A stretch of DNA of 64,000 nucleotides, taken from assembly GCA_951406725.2 (NCBI GenBank), contig OX597819.1, positions 82,088,001 to 82,152,000 on the forward strand, given 5' to 3'. This stretch comes from Octopus vulgaris. Lineage: Eukaryota. How positions within the stretch are numbered: the first letter of the stretch is position 1; each line of letters opens with the position of its first letter. Shown piece by piece: positions 26,781 through 40,211 of this stretch. The translations under genes were made by a program, and so were the position numbers. The notes beneath the pieces are model-generated. The model saw nothing but the letters and a program-made list of their open reading frames with translations. It was not told the origin of the DNA and made no database searches.

Positions 26781-27309
26781 ATATATGAGAGGTATTGGGA
26801 TCCAGAAGACCCAAGGTGACATGTAAAGCTATGTAAGTGCTATGGATGGACCTACCCACAAGGCGTTGGCCGGCTATAGTAGAAGACACAGTGTGACTGA
26901 ACCCGAAGCCATATGGTTGGAAAATAAACCTCTTGCGACACAGCCACGCCTGTTCAAATTATTCATGTGTGTTCTTGTGATACTGTAATGTAATGTGTGC
27001 ATTTGGTGAAGTCATTTCCATAAAACTGCTTATGTAATTTCAAAATGTATTCCCCTGCTGCTAGAGACTTATTTACATTTCAATACCACGTGTCTGTAGT
27101 CGACAAACCAAACGCAATATTTCGTAGAGAGCTTTTACATCAATACCAATTGAAAATTAATTATTACATTTATTATTGAAGTAGATTTAATTGTCTCATT
27201 GTGACACCTTGGAAACATTTAAAAGTGCTGCTACAGAATAACGTGCCAGGAAAGACAAGCTCACACACACCCATACATATACATAAACATATATGTATAT
27301 AAGATATGT

Positions 27310-27488
27310 ATCTTTTATCTTTTACTTGATTCAGTCATTAAACAGCGGCCATGCTGGAGCATGACTTTGAAGAATTTTAGTCAAATGAATCGACTCCAGG
27401 AGTTAATTTTTAAGCTTAGTACTTATTACAGGGACGTGAATACATGTCAATCGATGGTGGGTGACAAGCACAAAAGCAGATACGCATA

Positions 27489-27587
<99 letters not shown>

Positions 27588-27800
27588 TACTAATATATAT
27601 ATATATACACACAGAGACACACATATATATGTATGTGTATATATATGTGACGGACTTCTTTCAGTTTTCATCAACCAAATCCAATTTCAAGGCTTTGTTC
27701 ACCCAAAAACTATAGTAGAAGATACTCGCCTAAAGTCCCACGGCGTGGGACTGAACCAGGAAACATGTGGTTGGGAAGCAAGTTTCTTAACACCCACGCC
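27310..27800 (-). mobile_element. SINE family A (diverged, expanded internal TA tract)
   Basis: Reverse-complement similarity to 26402-26780. Confidence 0.85.
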
Positions 27801-27805
27801 AACGC

Positions 27806-27837
<32 letters not shown>

Positions 27838-27891
27838 CATTATTGGTGAATTGAAGAAATGGAGCTGAACGCAGATTGAACAGAAATCGTT

Positions 27892-27987
27892 TTATTTCAT
27901 TCTACACGTGTTTCGAAAGGCACAAATTACCAAAATCCGATTGAATAATGGGACCACATTGTGTCTTTCTCTTCAGGAAGAAAATAG
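27892..27987 (-). ncRNA. Type I hammerhead ribozyme (mirror copy of 28069-28164)
   Basis: Exact reverse complement of the plus-strand copy. Confidence 0.8.
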
Positions 27988-28068
27988 TTTCGCCATGGGC
28001 TCTTAGGAGCATAGTTCGATTTGTTTTTGCTCCGCCTCTGTTCTGTTTTTGTTTTTCCAACGGATTTC

Positions 28069-28164
28069 CTATTTTCTTCCTGAAGAGAAAGACACAATGT
28101 GGTCCCATTATTCAATCGGATTTTGGTAATTTGTGCCTTTCGAAACACGTGTAGAATGAAATAA
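28069..28164 (+). ncRNA. Type I hammerhead ribozyme, canonical core
   Basis: TTC-CTGAAGA-GAAAGACACAA(33-nt loop)TTGTGCCTTTC-GAAAC-ACGT-GTA-GAA; 10 of 11 bp in stem II, palindromic stem III ACACGTGT, GUA triplet. Confidence 0.8.
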
Positions 28165-28369
28165 AACGATTTCTGTTCAATCTGCGTTCAGCTCCATTTC
28201 TTCAATTCACCAATAATGTTTTAATTTCAATTATCCGCACCAACGCACGGTTGCAACACCATATGGTTGTACCTCCAACCGTGCTGTTTACTGCTGTGAT
28301 TTTTGCTACTAAGGTATCGGTTAAACCTTTGATTAATCTACTACAAGATTATTCATCTTTCTATTTCAC

Positions 28370-28690
<321 letters not shown>

Positions 28691-28717
28691 TATATATATA
28701 TATATATATATATATCT

Positions 28718-29358
28718 GCTGTGCATATCCACTAAGTTTTAACGTTCTAGCTCATTTTTGCTATTTACAGTGGTGCTTGGAAGGAAGGTGTGTAACGTGT
28801 GTGTGATCATCGCATTGACCATTGGAGAGAAAGTTGTCATGGCAATATCTTCTCAGAGGTCTACACAAAGCTGTAAAAAGTATATGAAGCGGAGTGTTAT
28901 GAGCCGCAAACAAGTGTACGAGTAGTTCAGATGTTTCGAAGATGGCCGAAAAAAATGTTGATATCGACGAATGTTCTGGGAGACCGGCAACCGGCAGAAC
29001 TGAGGAAAACATCGCTGATGTGCGTGCAGCTGTGAGGGGAAATCGTCGAATCACTATCCGTGAGTTATCAGAGCATGTGCAAATTAGTTACGTTTCAGTT
29101 CAGCCCCTTATCACTGAAGATTTGGGTATGAGATGCGTTTCTGCCAAGTTTACACCAAAACTGCTTTCAGCTGACCAAAAAGTCACTCGGGTTTCAGTTG
29201 CACAAGATCTCCTTGATTGTGTCGAAAAAGATGAAAACTTTTTGAAAACTTTGTGTATGCCTCTGAGCAGAGTCAATCTGTGCCAAGCGACTTCACTCTG
29301 CGTGCTTTAGCTTCGTTACTCTGGCAACAGTCCGGGAACTTACTGACCAGACTACGTA
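28718..29358 (+). mobile_element. Internally deleted mariner transposon
   Basis: DECSGRPATGRTEENIADVRAAVRGNRRITIRELSE..EDLGMRCVSAKFTPKLL; 3' TIR-like end agtccgggaacttactgaccagactacgTA. Confidence 0.9.
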
Positions 29359-29384
29359 TATGTGTGTATGTGTATATATGTATG

Positions 29385-29418
<34 letters not shown>

Positions 29419-29677
29419 TGTATGTAGGTAGGTATGCATGTACGTACGTACATACACACATACATACATACATACATACATACATACATACATACATACA
29501 TACATACATACATACATACTTGCATACATACATGCATACATACATACATACATACATACATACATACATACATACATACATACATACATAGTGCGAATGG
29601 TTTTGTTATTCAGTGCCGAGTTTTACGATCCTGTAAATAATAATAATGGTATGTATACACGCTTAAAGCTTACTTAC

Positions 29678-29837
29678 ATGCTATTATTAAAATAGATATA
29701 TAATCTGGGTAATAACCGTATAGCGTGCTTTGTAAAGCTCCTCTATGAGTATCGGCTACCTTACACTTGTCATATCGCAAAAATTCTCCATTTGCCGGAT
29801 ATACATGTGGAGATCCGTTAATATCCGTAGAATTCAT
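29678..29837 (-). CDS. Candidate first coding exon of a membrane protein (GPCR-like N-terminus)
   Basis: MNSTDINGSPHVYPANGEFLRYDKCKVADTHRGALQSTLYGYYPDYISILIIA then a strong donor GTAAGTA; two N-glycosylation sequons followed by a hydrophobic run. Confidence 0.35.
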
Positions 29838-31617
29838 ACAATAGAATTTTAATACAAGATGAGATAAACAGGGTTTAATCTCAATCACTAAAGATGGTTT
29901 TGTGCATTAGTGTCAACTAAGTTTCAACTGATGTGTGGTACACATATGTAACAGATTATTGCATTAATATAATCAAACAGTAGTTGTGTAAATGAAGGTC
30001 TTCAAGTGAGTGAATTCGGAAGCACTGCTGGATCATTTATAGTCTCTCAATGCTTTGAACCCATATTCTACCTTTAGCATTTTTGACAAAGATCACCACA
30101 GAAATACAAAGTGATGCAAATGTTAAAATATCCCATTGTCAGACATTTAGATAGTGCTTCTGTGGCTTCTGAGTTGTTTTGATTATTTTTTTCTAGCAAT
30201 ACTGGAGTTTATTAGTGTCCTTTGTCACTCTAATGACGTATATACTTCTACCTTTAGGTTGTAAAATTGCGAATAAGCCATCCATATTATTTATATACAC
30301 ACACGCACACACGCACACATATATACATACATACATCATATATATAAATATATACAAGCATACATACCCATACACATATATGTACGTATTTATCTATGTT
30401 TGTATGTATGTATATATGTGCATACATATGTATATGTGTGATGTGTGTGTATGTATGTATCTATGTATGTATAGGCAAGACTGAACGGGTGACAGATATA
30501 TATATAATTATGCCCGATATACCACTGCGTCTATGTCTAATCCAAGCGGCCAAAAAAATAATCAATTATAAGATTAATTAAATAAAAATGATGAAATTCT
30601 GTTGGACGTTAGATAGCACCCTTGTTTACTGGCATTTCAAATATCATTAAAATATCCAATATTTTAATAGTATAATTTTATTGCACAGAACCCCTTGTAT
30701 TTGCGTGCTCTGATTATTGAACTATTGAACTAATATCGTTCTTTGAAGGTCAATTAGTTCTTGTTGACCTAAATTCTCGTATTTTAGAAAAAAATCATTG
30801 GACGTATTTGAAAGAAAGCCAGTAAGCCATGCTAGCATCCAAGTGAAGTTTTTGCCTTCTTTATTAAATATAACTATGTTTATCCATTGATGAGTCGGAT
30901 GTTACTTATGAAGCAGAGATATTTCTGTAGGAATTACTGAATAAAACTGCACACTGGATTGTACTTATTGTTCAACTTTATTGAACCACTTGAATAATCA
31001 GTGTCTATCATCAATCTGTGAACTCATATGAACACTCACTGGCACACAGAGAGACAAACAGACACAACCAGACTTACACACATGCACACACCCATCAATA
31101 CTAAGCAAATGAGAAATCTGTTCAACCTGGTTTACAACTTTAGATTTATATCTATATTTACTAGGGAACTTGGATTGGCAGCTAATTACTTTAGCACCAA
31201 TCTTGGGAAACTCGGTTTCATAAAACCGGAAGTGACATAGCTAATTATAGATTACAGTCATAATCTATTCAAATTATGTGTGTGAATTATTTAAGAAGTA
31301 TATCATATAACAAGTGCATATATATATATATATATATGCATGCATTTCATACAAATATAAATATGTACCTGTGCATGTGCTCAAACGTGTATATACATTT
31401 TTAAATGCGTATATACATATATGCATACATGTGGGTATATGTATACATATGGACACATGCATACATATGTATACATATAGCTGAACGATTAAAAGTCAAA
31501 ACTCTTTCTTCAATCACCCCCAAAAAAATAAACACTGATAAATACTGCAGAAATCAACCGTCTGCAGGCAAACGGGCTAGAACAATCTCTCAACATACAT
31601 TCAAGTATTTGGACTCA

Positions 31618-31653
31618 CGTGGACCGGTTTTTAGACTCACCCTCTTCAGCACG
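31618..31653 (-). ncRNA. Degenerate minimal hammerhead (GAAA changed to AAAA)
   Basis: CGTG-CTGAAGA-gggtgagtcta-AAAAC-CG-GTC-CACG. Confidence 0.55.
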
Positions 31654-32148
31654 CGTTTGGGTAAAAAAATTTTTATCAATGGCCAGCATATCAAAAAATG
31701 CCAAATATGCCGAAACAAGAAATTTTTTTTCTTTTTTTTTTCGTCGATAACCATTATAATTTATGCGTCTCGAAACAAACTGATAGAAATCTCTAAAAAA
31801 TTCGTTATTAAATTTTTTGTTTCGGCATATTTGACATTAGAATTTTTCTTCTGCCCTTATCTTGTAAATTATGTATAAATTTTACCTTTAAAGGCATTTT
31901 TTGATATGCTGGCCATTGATAAAATTTTTTTCCCGAAAAAATTTTATCCTATATTAATTATAGATAGATTAGTGTTCACTTCCGGATTCTATCACTCTGT
32001 GAAAGTTTCTAGTTCGAATCACACGTGTCACGAGGTGCGCCGAAGATTTTTCTATTTTGGATATATTTGGGGTACTTAAGTCTGCTCAGGACTTAGTGCT
32101 TGCTTTTTCCATGGGTATGAGTAAGTATTTCATTTAAATCTCGCGTAT

Positions 32149-32209
32149 TTGCCGCTGAAGAGGGGAAAATTTCTTATGAATTAACCCTGAAATTGGACCA
32201 ATACGGTAA
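32149..32209 (+). ncRNA. Type I hammerhead ribozyme, canonical core
   Basis: TTGCCG-CTGAAGA-GGGG(19 nt)CCCT-GAAA-TTGGACCAA-TA-CGGTAA; stem I 6 bp including one G-U, quasi-palindromic stem III, AUA triplet. Confidence 0.8.
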
Positions 32210-32332
32210 TAACGAATTTTTTAGAGATTTCTATCGGTTTGTTTCGAGACGCATAAATTATAATGGTTATCGACAAAATTTTTTTTGTTTCGGCATATTT
32301 GGCATTAGAATGTTTCTTCTGCCCTTATCTTG

Positions 32333-32371
<39 letters not shown>

Positions 32372-33705
32372 CTACCCTGTTGATTCCAATGAAAGGTTTT
32401 TGTTTCTGAATTAGAAACCAACTCTTTCTCCAGTGGGGTGAAAATGAAAAAAATAGTATCAAAACACACACATGTGTTCTGAAGGAAGATAGAGTGAATA
32501 ATGTGTATAAGAGCTTACATACCAAACTATGCCACAGGGATGTTTCCACTTACAATAAAACAATATCCTACTATGTGTTTTGCAGCATTAGTAATGATTA
32601 AAATTTCAGGATATTTATCAGATCTGTAGGAAATTATACTCTATTAGTGTGAAAACCTATATCACAACGTAGAATCTTGTCTGGAAAAGGTGATATCAAA
32701 CCGATATATTGTAGAACAAAAGAAAGGGGGAAAATCTTAAAATTCTTCCAGGCGTGCGTGATTTAGTATCAGTCTGAAAATACATAAACCATGTGAAAAT
32801 CTGGCGAATCACCCAATACTGAAAATCGTTTTATGAGACCTCATATCTTTTGGATGTATGTATTTTAATAAATACGTGGAAGAGACTGAATCAGTACATC
32901 AATAAAAAGTTATGCTATAACTGACAAAGATTTTTGACTGTTGCATTACGTCCCATTTCTGAAGGTTTTGCTGTTTCAATCAATCAGTAAAAGACATCCA
33001 TTAAAAAACGTGTTTAACAAAAGAGTCAGTGAAAGCCTCAAAACAAGAAGAGAACGAAAGCACCGAGTATGTTGCATTTCTGTGTGAAGCATTAGATACG
33101 TGATTAGCAGCCGCTATTAGAACAACATTACTTCCATTATCGAAGTAATGTTGCTGCTAAAATAATAGACAATGCCTGTCAATAGGCAAAACAGTTCTGT
33201 GATAAACACGAACAATAGTGAATGTACATTCACCCTTTTCAGCAGATACAATAATGATGGAACGTTTCGCTGAAAAACTTCCTCCAAATACAAACTCAAG
33301 ACTGAAAGAGTTGTTTGAGGCTGAAAAACAAACGCTTGCAGAAATCAGCTGAAAAAGGATGTGAACAGTTCATTGAACATTTGTAGGAAAACATTTAGAG
33401 GAAACTGTTATGAAACCTATAACTTCGCTGGATACCTCTCAGTCATGTTACTAAGAGTGACCCTAAGTAATAACCTTTAAAAATATTTTCAAACAAATAA
33501 ATCTAACCCGTGTTATTTAAATTCAATTTCTATATGCGTCAGTACAACAGTGTAAATGTGTAAAATTTTTCTAAAGTTCACCATGTAACTCTAAACGGTT
33601 GTTGACGTCTGATTTGCAATGTTGATATTATGTTTCTTCGATAAGAAACAACTGCTCTTGTTAAATATAAAGGATCAAGAATGAGAAACATGCACGCACA
33701 CACAC

Positions 33706-33771
<66 letters not shown>

Positions 33772-34128
33772 ACATACACAAACACACATACACACACACA
33801 TACAAGCACGCATGTATATGAGTTTTAATGTGCGCAAGTGTACATGTGTTTAGGTATGCGATGTATGTGTTGTGTGTATTTGTGTGTGTATATATGATAT
33901 ATATATATGCATTAACATACATACATACATACATGCATATATACATACATGCATCCATCCATATATACATACATGCATGCATACATGCATGCATACATAC
34001 ATGCACATGCATTCATGCACGCATGCATACATACATACATACATACATACATACATACATACATACATACATACATACATACATACATGCAGGCATGCAT
34101 ACATACATATATCTGTGCGTATATACAT

Positions 34129-35930
34129 ACTGGCAGTGAAACCCTTGTCGTCCCTCTCAAAAAAATACCAAGGCCACATGTTGGGATATGTAGAAAAGAA
34201 TAAAATTAATGTCACCAAGGTATTTTTTGTTGATGCCTAAAATAATATTCTGATAACATCAAGAGACAACTAGAACTAGTCACAACATTCTCACGAGACA
34301 TGGAAATGGAATTTGGACAAAATTATTGCTAATACATGATAGTCAACCGAGGAAATGCCATAGACAAGATAGAGAACATGTACGTCAATGACTTGTGTGC
34401 CTTCCCTTCTCCAACCATGAAAACTATAAATATTTCGGAATCGATGAGAATGTTGCATACGTAGGTGCATTGGCTAAAGCCTGAATAGCAAAAGAGTACT
34501 TCCGTAGATGCCGGAAAAAATAGAACTCAGAGATGTCTGCATTAAATAAGATTACATCTCACAATGTTTTTGCAGTGCCGTTGTTAGTATCGATATTTGG
34601 GATATTGGACTGGATACTTGATAAGATCCATAGACTGGACATCAAATCTAGAAGGGTACTGACCACCATTGGCAACTTCCACATCAACAGCCACACAGAA
34701 TGTATGTGAGACGAAGTGATGGTGGTAGAGGCACGAGGTCAGTCAAAACAGCCTTTGAATGTCGCGTTGTATCACTCAAACAACACCTGCTGTACATTAA
34801 AGAAAAAGATAAATACATTCCGTGCGTGTGCAACATCTTCAGAGGTGGAGAAGAACTATTGGGCAGCAGGTACTCTCTCTCTCTCTCTCTCTCTCATGCA
34901 ACCCAAAGAGACATGACTGGCCTACCTAAACAGAAGCTTGGACAAGAAGCATACCAGCAAAAAGCCATGCAAGGCGACATATCCGTAAGCTAGAGGATAA
35001 CAACAGCATTGACAGGAAGAATAACCTCTCCTGGATCTGTGATAGCTATATTACATCCCACATAGAAGGATATGCCTTCGCTATCCAGGAACAAGAGAAA
35101 GCAGCTAAATATCTGATAAACAAGAGAGACAAAGATACCACCAAACTTTCACGTTGTGATAGAAAAGGTCGGCTCTGCTATACCTATGTGGACGATATCA
35201 CCTATATCATCGGTATCTACCCAAAAACGCATACAAGCCAATACCTGCCTTTGAAACATGATATATTCGCAAAGACTATTTATAACGCTATCCGCAGGAA
35301 GGATTGTCCTGACGTATACTTGAAAGGCATCTCAGAACCAGAATGTATTCAAACCTATAAAAACAAGGAATACCGAAGGAACATTTCAGTAAAAATAGCA
35401 ATTCGGTGCAAACACAACAGACCTCTTATTCTGCTGTGAGACATGAAACAAAATTCATGCACTGTTACAGAGGTCAGCTACACAGCGTATGTGAATGTAC
35501 CAAGTAAAAGTTCAGGTAAAAGAGAACGTCTATAGTGAATTAATGTGGAACTTACAACTCCAGTACCTTGATTATTAATTCTCATTTGTACCTATCATCA
35601 TAGAAGCATTAAGGTATGTACCTATAAATGTACGAAAAAAAAGCTAGAGATGCGAAGGTTTTCGAAGAAAGAGCAAAAGAAACAGACGCGGTTTCTGAAA
35701 ATCCAATCTGTTCATGGCACCGTGTAGATTTGTAAAACATTCCAAACATTCTCAGTCTGAGATTCTTTAGATGAATAAGCACACATTTAGGTGTGTACAT
35801 CGGCAGCCCAACCAACCAACTACCCAACAGTCACAAACACTGAGAACTCTCTTAACTCAAAAAATCGTTTTGTTAGCAACTGGTTTGAACTCTCTTAAAA
35901 AGAATTTATATAAAACACAAAGAAATAAAG
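34129..35930 (+). mobile_element. 5'-truncated degenerate R4/Dong-like non-LTR retrotransposon (RT C-terminus, zinc finger, RLE)
   Basis: VFFVD.., QLELVTTFSRDMEMEFG, YKYFGI, YVRRSDGGRG, SHIEGYAFAIQEQE, RLC..DITYII..YLPLKHD, KHNRP motifs; flanked by (TACA)n. Confidence 0.85.
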
Positions 35931-37326
35931 ATACATATATACATCTGTATGTACATACATACATACATACAATAATACATACGTGCGTACATACATACAT
36001 ACATGCATATATACATGCATATATACATGCATGCATACATACATACATACATACATACATACATACATACATACATACATACATACATACATACATACAT
36101 ACGTACGTACGGATGTACTTACGTACATACACGCATTTGTGTGTGAGAGAGGAAGCAGAGATGTGAATGTTTCATTGCGTTATTGTAGACTTAGCGCATA
36201 TGATCAAACTAACCACCGTAGTGATATTTCATTGCATTCCATGGGTATGTCTTTTTGGATTTAGGCATTTAGGTTTAGGATTTACGGTGGTGGTTGGGGC
36301 AGCAAATTATTCTCTCTAAAAAGTAATAGTAGCTAGTTTGAAGGAATTTTATAGATACAACATTTAGAAGAATTTTCTACACTGAGAAAGAATTATTTCA
36401 TTTATTCATCTGTCTCAAGCTTCTTCATTCTTACGAATATCCTTTTGTACTCCACACATAATGGAATTACCATTTTTTAATAGGTTTCCTCTATCTCTTT
36501 TAATTTCAACCTTATCCTCATTTTATCAAATTGATGAGTTTGTTTTATAACCATACATTCTTCTCTAGACGCTCGTAGAATATCACACATGCTATTCTGT
36601 ACAATTTCTCAACTATTCACCCTATCAAGCTGCATGAGATTATAAAGTTCCCAGACATTATTAGAAATTTTAAGTAATGATATTATTTTCATAATCAGAT
36701 AATTTCCCAGTCACACAGCAACTTTAATTCTAGATTTTTAATATAGATTTTAATATTCCCTAACTAAATCACATTAGCAATCTAACATAATTATTTTAGT
36801 TTATTACTTAAAATTAGATTCTTTATAATTATGTGATTGAATTTTATTCTATTTTTTATTAATTTCCTATTACATTTAGTACGTAATATTGATTTTGGAA
36901 GCAAAAGAAATAAAAGATAAGAAATATTTTACTGAAAGGCCACTATTCATTTTATGCAAGTTTCTATATCTCTATTTTATATGCATTGGGATGAAAGCAA
37001 TATCGAAGGAATTTTAGCAAGAACTTTGGCAGAGTTCTAAACGCCAATATCTAAGACCTGAATTTTTGCTTAAGCGTGAAAATATTTTTAAACATCAAGA
37101 CAGTATCTTTTCAGAGATTAATCACGTCAGTATGCAACTAACCACTCAAATTCCTGGTGAACATGTTAAGAAATTGTGTTTATTAGTGGTTGGGTCAATC
37201 GTCCAAGTTGGTGAAAATAATCGTTTTGGGAGAGATAACATTTTGGCATGTTATTAGCGATTTTGAGCTTGGTGCATTTTGTTGGACATATCATTGGGCA
37301 TATATATATATATACATATATGTGGT

Positions 37327-38352
37327 TTACCTGGTAACTGATTAGTGGTCGTAACAAACCTACGAACAATTACTGGAGGAACATGCGCCACTCACTGCAG
37401 ACATCGATGAATACTACAATCCATTATCATTGATGACACACTTCTTACAAGCACGGAGTGACGCACTAGGTGTAAATATGTATATTTTCGTCGTCGGTAC
37501 TGTCACATTTCATTTGTAACCTATTAATAAATATTTTTTGCACCTGGTTCTCTCCGGAAATATAATATTGAAAAGTATAGAGGAATGACTCGGCCAGCAT
37601 CTGGCAAACATTCACTGTGACTTCGAAATATTTTTGCAATAGATAATGGTTTCCCACTTCGATCAGATTCAAATTTACCCCCAAACTGCGTATCATAAAT
37701 ACCATGTAGTTACAACTATGAATAGTTATAGCTGTGCTAAACAGGTAGTGAGCCATGTCGATATATAATTATTATTGATTGATGGTTACTCGAATGCTGT
37801 TACAAGGTTTAATGAGTTGATAAATAAACTAATTGACATTTCGCTAAAGTGGCGCAATGTAATGCAAAACTAAATAAACTATTCTTCTAAGACATATTCA
37901 AAACCCATGCTTTAATTCCTCGTCGACTGGAATTTCAGTAAATACCCAGTTATTGAATTTCACGATATATTAGATTTCTTCTTCTGAATTTGTATTTATA
38001 CAATAGGTTTTCTTAATTGGAAGCGATTTTGATTTTCTCTTGCATTTTCTGCTTCTGTAAAGTTTTGAGCAATTCCTTTGTAGCAGGTGCATACTTTTTA
38101 ATCTAACAGCTTCAAGTAATATCATCTATTATTTCCATTCTTCCTAAGCGCGCTAGCCTAATAATATTAATTGTAAACGTTTCTTGCACTTTTGTTCGTC
38201 TTTGTTTTGTTCTGTTACTTGTATGTGCATTTTGCTAGGTGCGGCTTCTACGCATGCGTCGTTGTCAGTGTTTTCTTTGCACTACTAGGAGTCACGTCAC
38301 TGTACACCAACGTCCTGAATTATTGAACAAATGAAGCACAGTTACCAGGTAA
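37327..38352. promoter_or_regulatory. Candidate divergent promoter region bounded by outward-facing CAGTTACCAG|GTAA motifs
   Basis: 14-bp inverted motif at 37327-37340 and 38339-38352; CRE/Inr-like CGTCACT on each side; ACGCATGCGT palindrome near 38250. Confidence 0.3.
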
Positions 38353-38417
38353 GACATTTGTTTTGGGTGGGATTCAGTGGAGGTTTGTTGCTCGTGTTTA
38401 CTTGTTTCGTCGAACAA

Positions 38418-40058
38418 GAAACCTCAGCTGGGTTCCGCGCACTTGTCTGCCTGTAGTTGTGTTTAGAAATCACACTTAGTGGTAAGAAGTGTTTTTGGGG
38501 AGCGTATCCCTCCTACTATAATTGTGCTTATTTTTTACCATTTTTGATGAAATTGTTATGTGACTGTTTTGTGCCCTAGATTATCAAGAGGATTAACGAG
38601 TTAGCCAGGAGTACCAGCAGAGCCAGAATAGTTTGCTGTGGTTTTGAGTTATTTCTTATCTTCTTCCTTACTTCCTGCATTTTTGCTTTTTTTAACTTTG
38701 TGAACTTTTGTTTTTTGTGAACATTTTTCAAAATAAAAAAATCATTGCAAGTTGGGGTGGGAGATTGTCCCACCGAAACAGTGGATAAAAGACTTTGAAA
38801 AGAGGACGGTGGTGTCAAGGACTCACTCGAAGTCGCTCGACACCATCGCCTTCTTTCAAAAGACTCAAATTGAAAAAGAGTTGGCAGAGTATTTGCCAAC
38901 TATTAAATTCATCTCTAGGGGGATCAAATATGCAACGGTGTGGTTGCTATTTGATACCCCTGGGGAGGCTCGCAAATTTGCGAACCAGCCCTTAGAGGTC
39001 AAAGAGATTTTGTTTCTTCCCATGTATTGTGGAAAGAAGTTGATAAGAGCTTGGGTCTTCGGGTTACCACCCGGGATAGAGTACGAGTGGATAGAGGACA
39101 CTATCCGCTGGGGTCTGAGTGGCAGCGGATCCAAGCTGCTTAATGCTAAAATTTTGCAGGTGGCTGATTGGGTTGGGTCAAAGCCTGTTTTGACCTTGTG
39201 GACCCAATCAGCCAAGAATCTGGCTTTTCCAGATTTTTTGAAAACGGCCGGTTGCAGATACCCGGTGATACCTGAGGGATGCCTCCGCCCGCCAAGTGTC
39301 ATCCGTACCTGGAACCGGGCCACATTAAAAAGAACTGTCCCTATGACCAGAGTATGGTCCTGGAGCAGTTGGTTGGAGAGAAAGTGACCCCTCCCCATCC
39401 GGAAGGAGAGATGGAAACGGTTGGGGAGGTGGAAACCTCCTAAAAAAAGTGCCGTAAAAGGAAGAAGGTGGGCAACAATGGTTGCCTACCGACGGATCCG
39501 AAGGCTACGGGAGGGAAAGAAAACCTTCCGGGAAAAACGGAACATTGGCGGCGGTTAGTAACACACTGCCGGTATGTCCCGAAACCCTGTCGGAGGGAAT
39601 ATTGTGCCACAGATGGAAGAAACTGTTGCCCCTAACTATTTGATGGACATGGAATTTGTAATCCTCTTTCACAAGAGAGGGGCTTTGGAGAACTTCGTGA
39701 AGAAGTTAAGAACAAAAAAGGCCGGAGGGAAGGGGTTCTGTCCTGTACCGAGGACCCTGATTTGCCTCCGCAGATGGCTGCGGGGGTCACAGGGAAAACC
39801 GACTTGTGCAGGGTAATGAACTCCTTCCCCGAGGATATATTTAAATTTATGCTAAAGTGGCCCAAGCATGGAAGTAACATGCTTTAAGCCTCGAGTTGTA
39901 AAAAAAAGATAAGAGGCTTAGTGCCTCATTTTGTAAGGACTTGGTTCCAGTTGTGAAAAATGTAAGAGGTTTAGTGCCTCATTTGAAAGGCCATTGTGTT
40001 CCAATGAACTATAGTAAGAGGTTTATAACCTCAATTGGTTTTATAAAAGAGGAAAAAA
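38418..40058 (+). mobile_element. ORF1-only L1/Tx1-like non-autonomous retroelement (HAL1-like), frameshifted
   Basis: RRM-like segments (WLLFDTPGEARKFANQPL; IRAWVFGLPPGI), degenerate CCHC knuckle KCHPYLEPGHIKKNCP after a frameshift, K/R-rich tract, A-rich 3' end, putative TSD GAACAA (38412-38417 and 40059-40064); no EN/RT visible. Confidence 0.65.
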
Positions 40059-40211
40059 GAACAATGTTTTCGGAAAGCATCGATCGGTGGGCGTCGTCTG
40101 CTTCTCTCATCAATATCATTATTTTGCTCATCATTCATTTCATTTGTGTTGTTTTCCAGTCCGTACTTGCTTCTATCTATGTCATGTCTTTATGGCAAAT
40201 TTGACGAAATA

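Larger units (their letters stand above)
31490..32337. mobile_element. Nested direct and inverted repeat module with two hammerhead motifs (Penelope-pLTR-like)
   Basis: 31663-31702 inverted to 31893-31933; 31698-31810 inverted to 32207-32306; 31813-31869 direct to 32281-32337; ends in (TA)n. Confidence 0.7.

Noticed and set aside
27927-28154. Mirror-image ORFs on both strands
   Set aside because: By-product of the perfect inverted repeat
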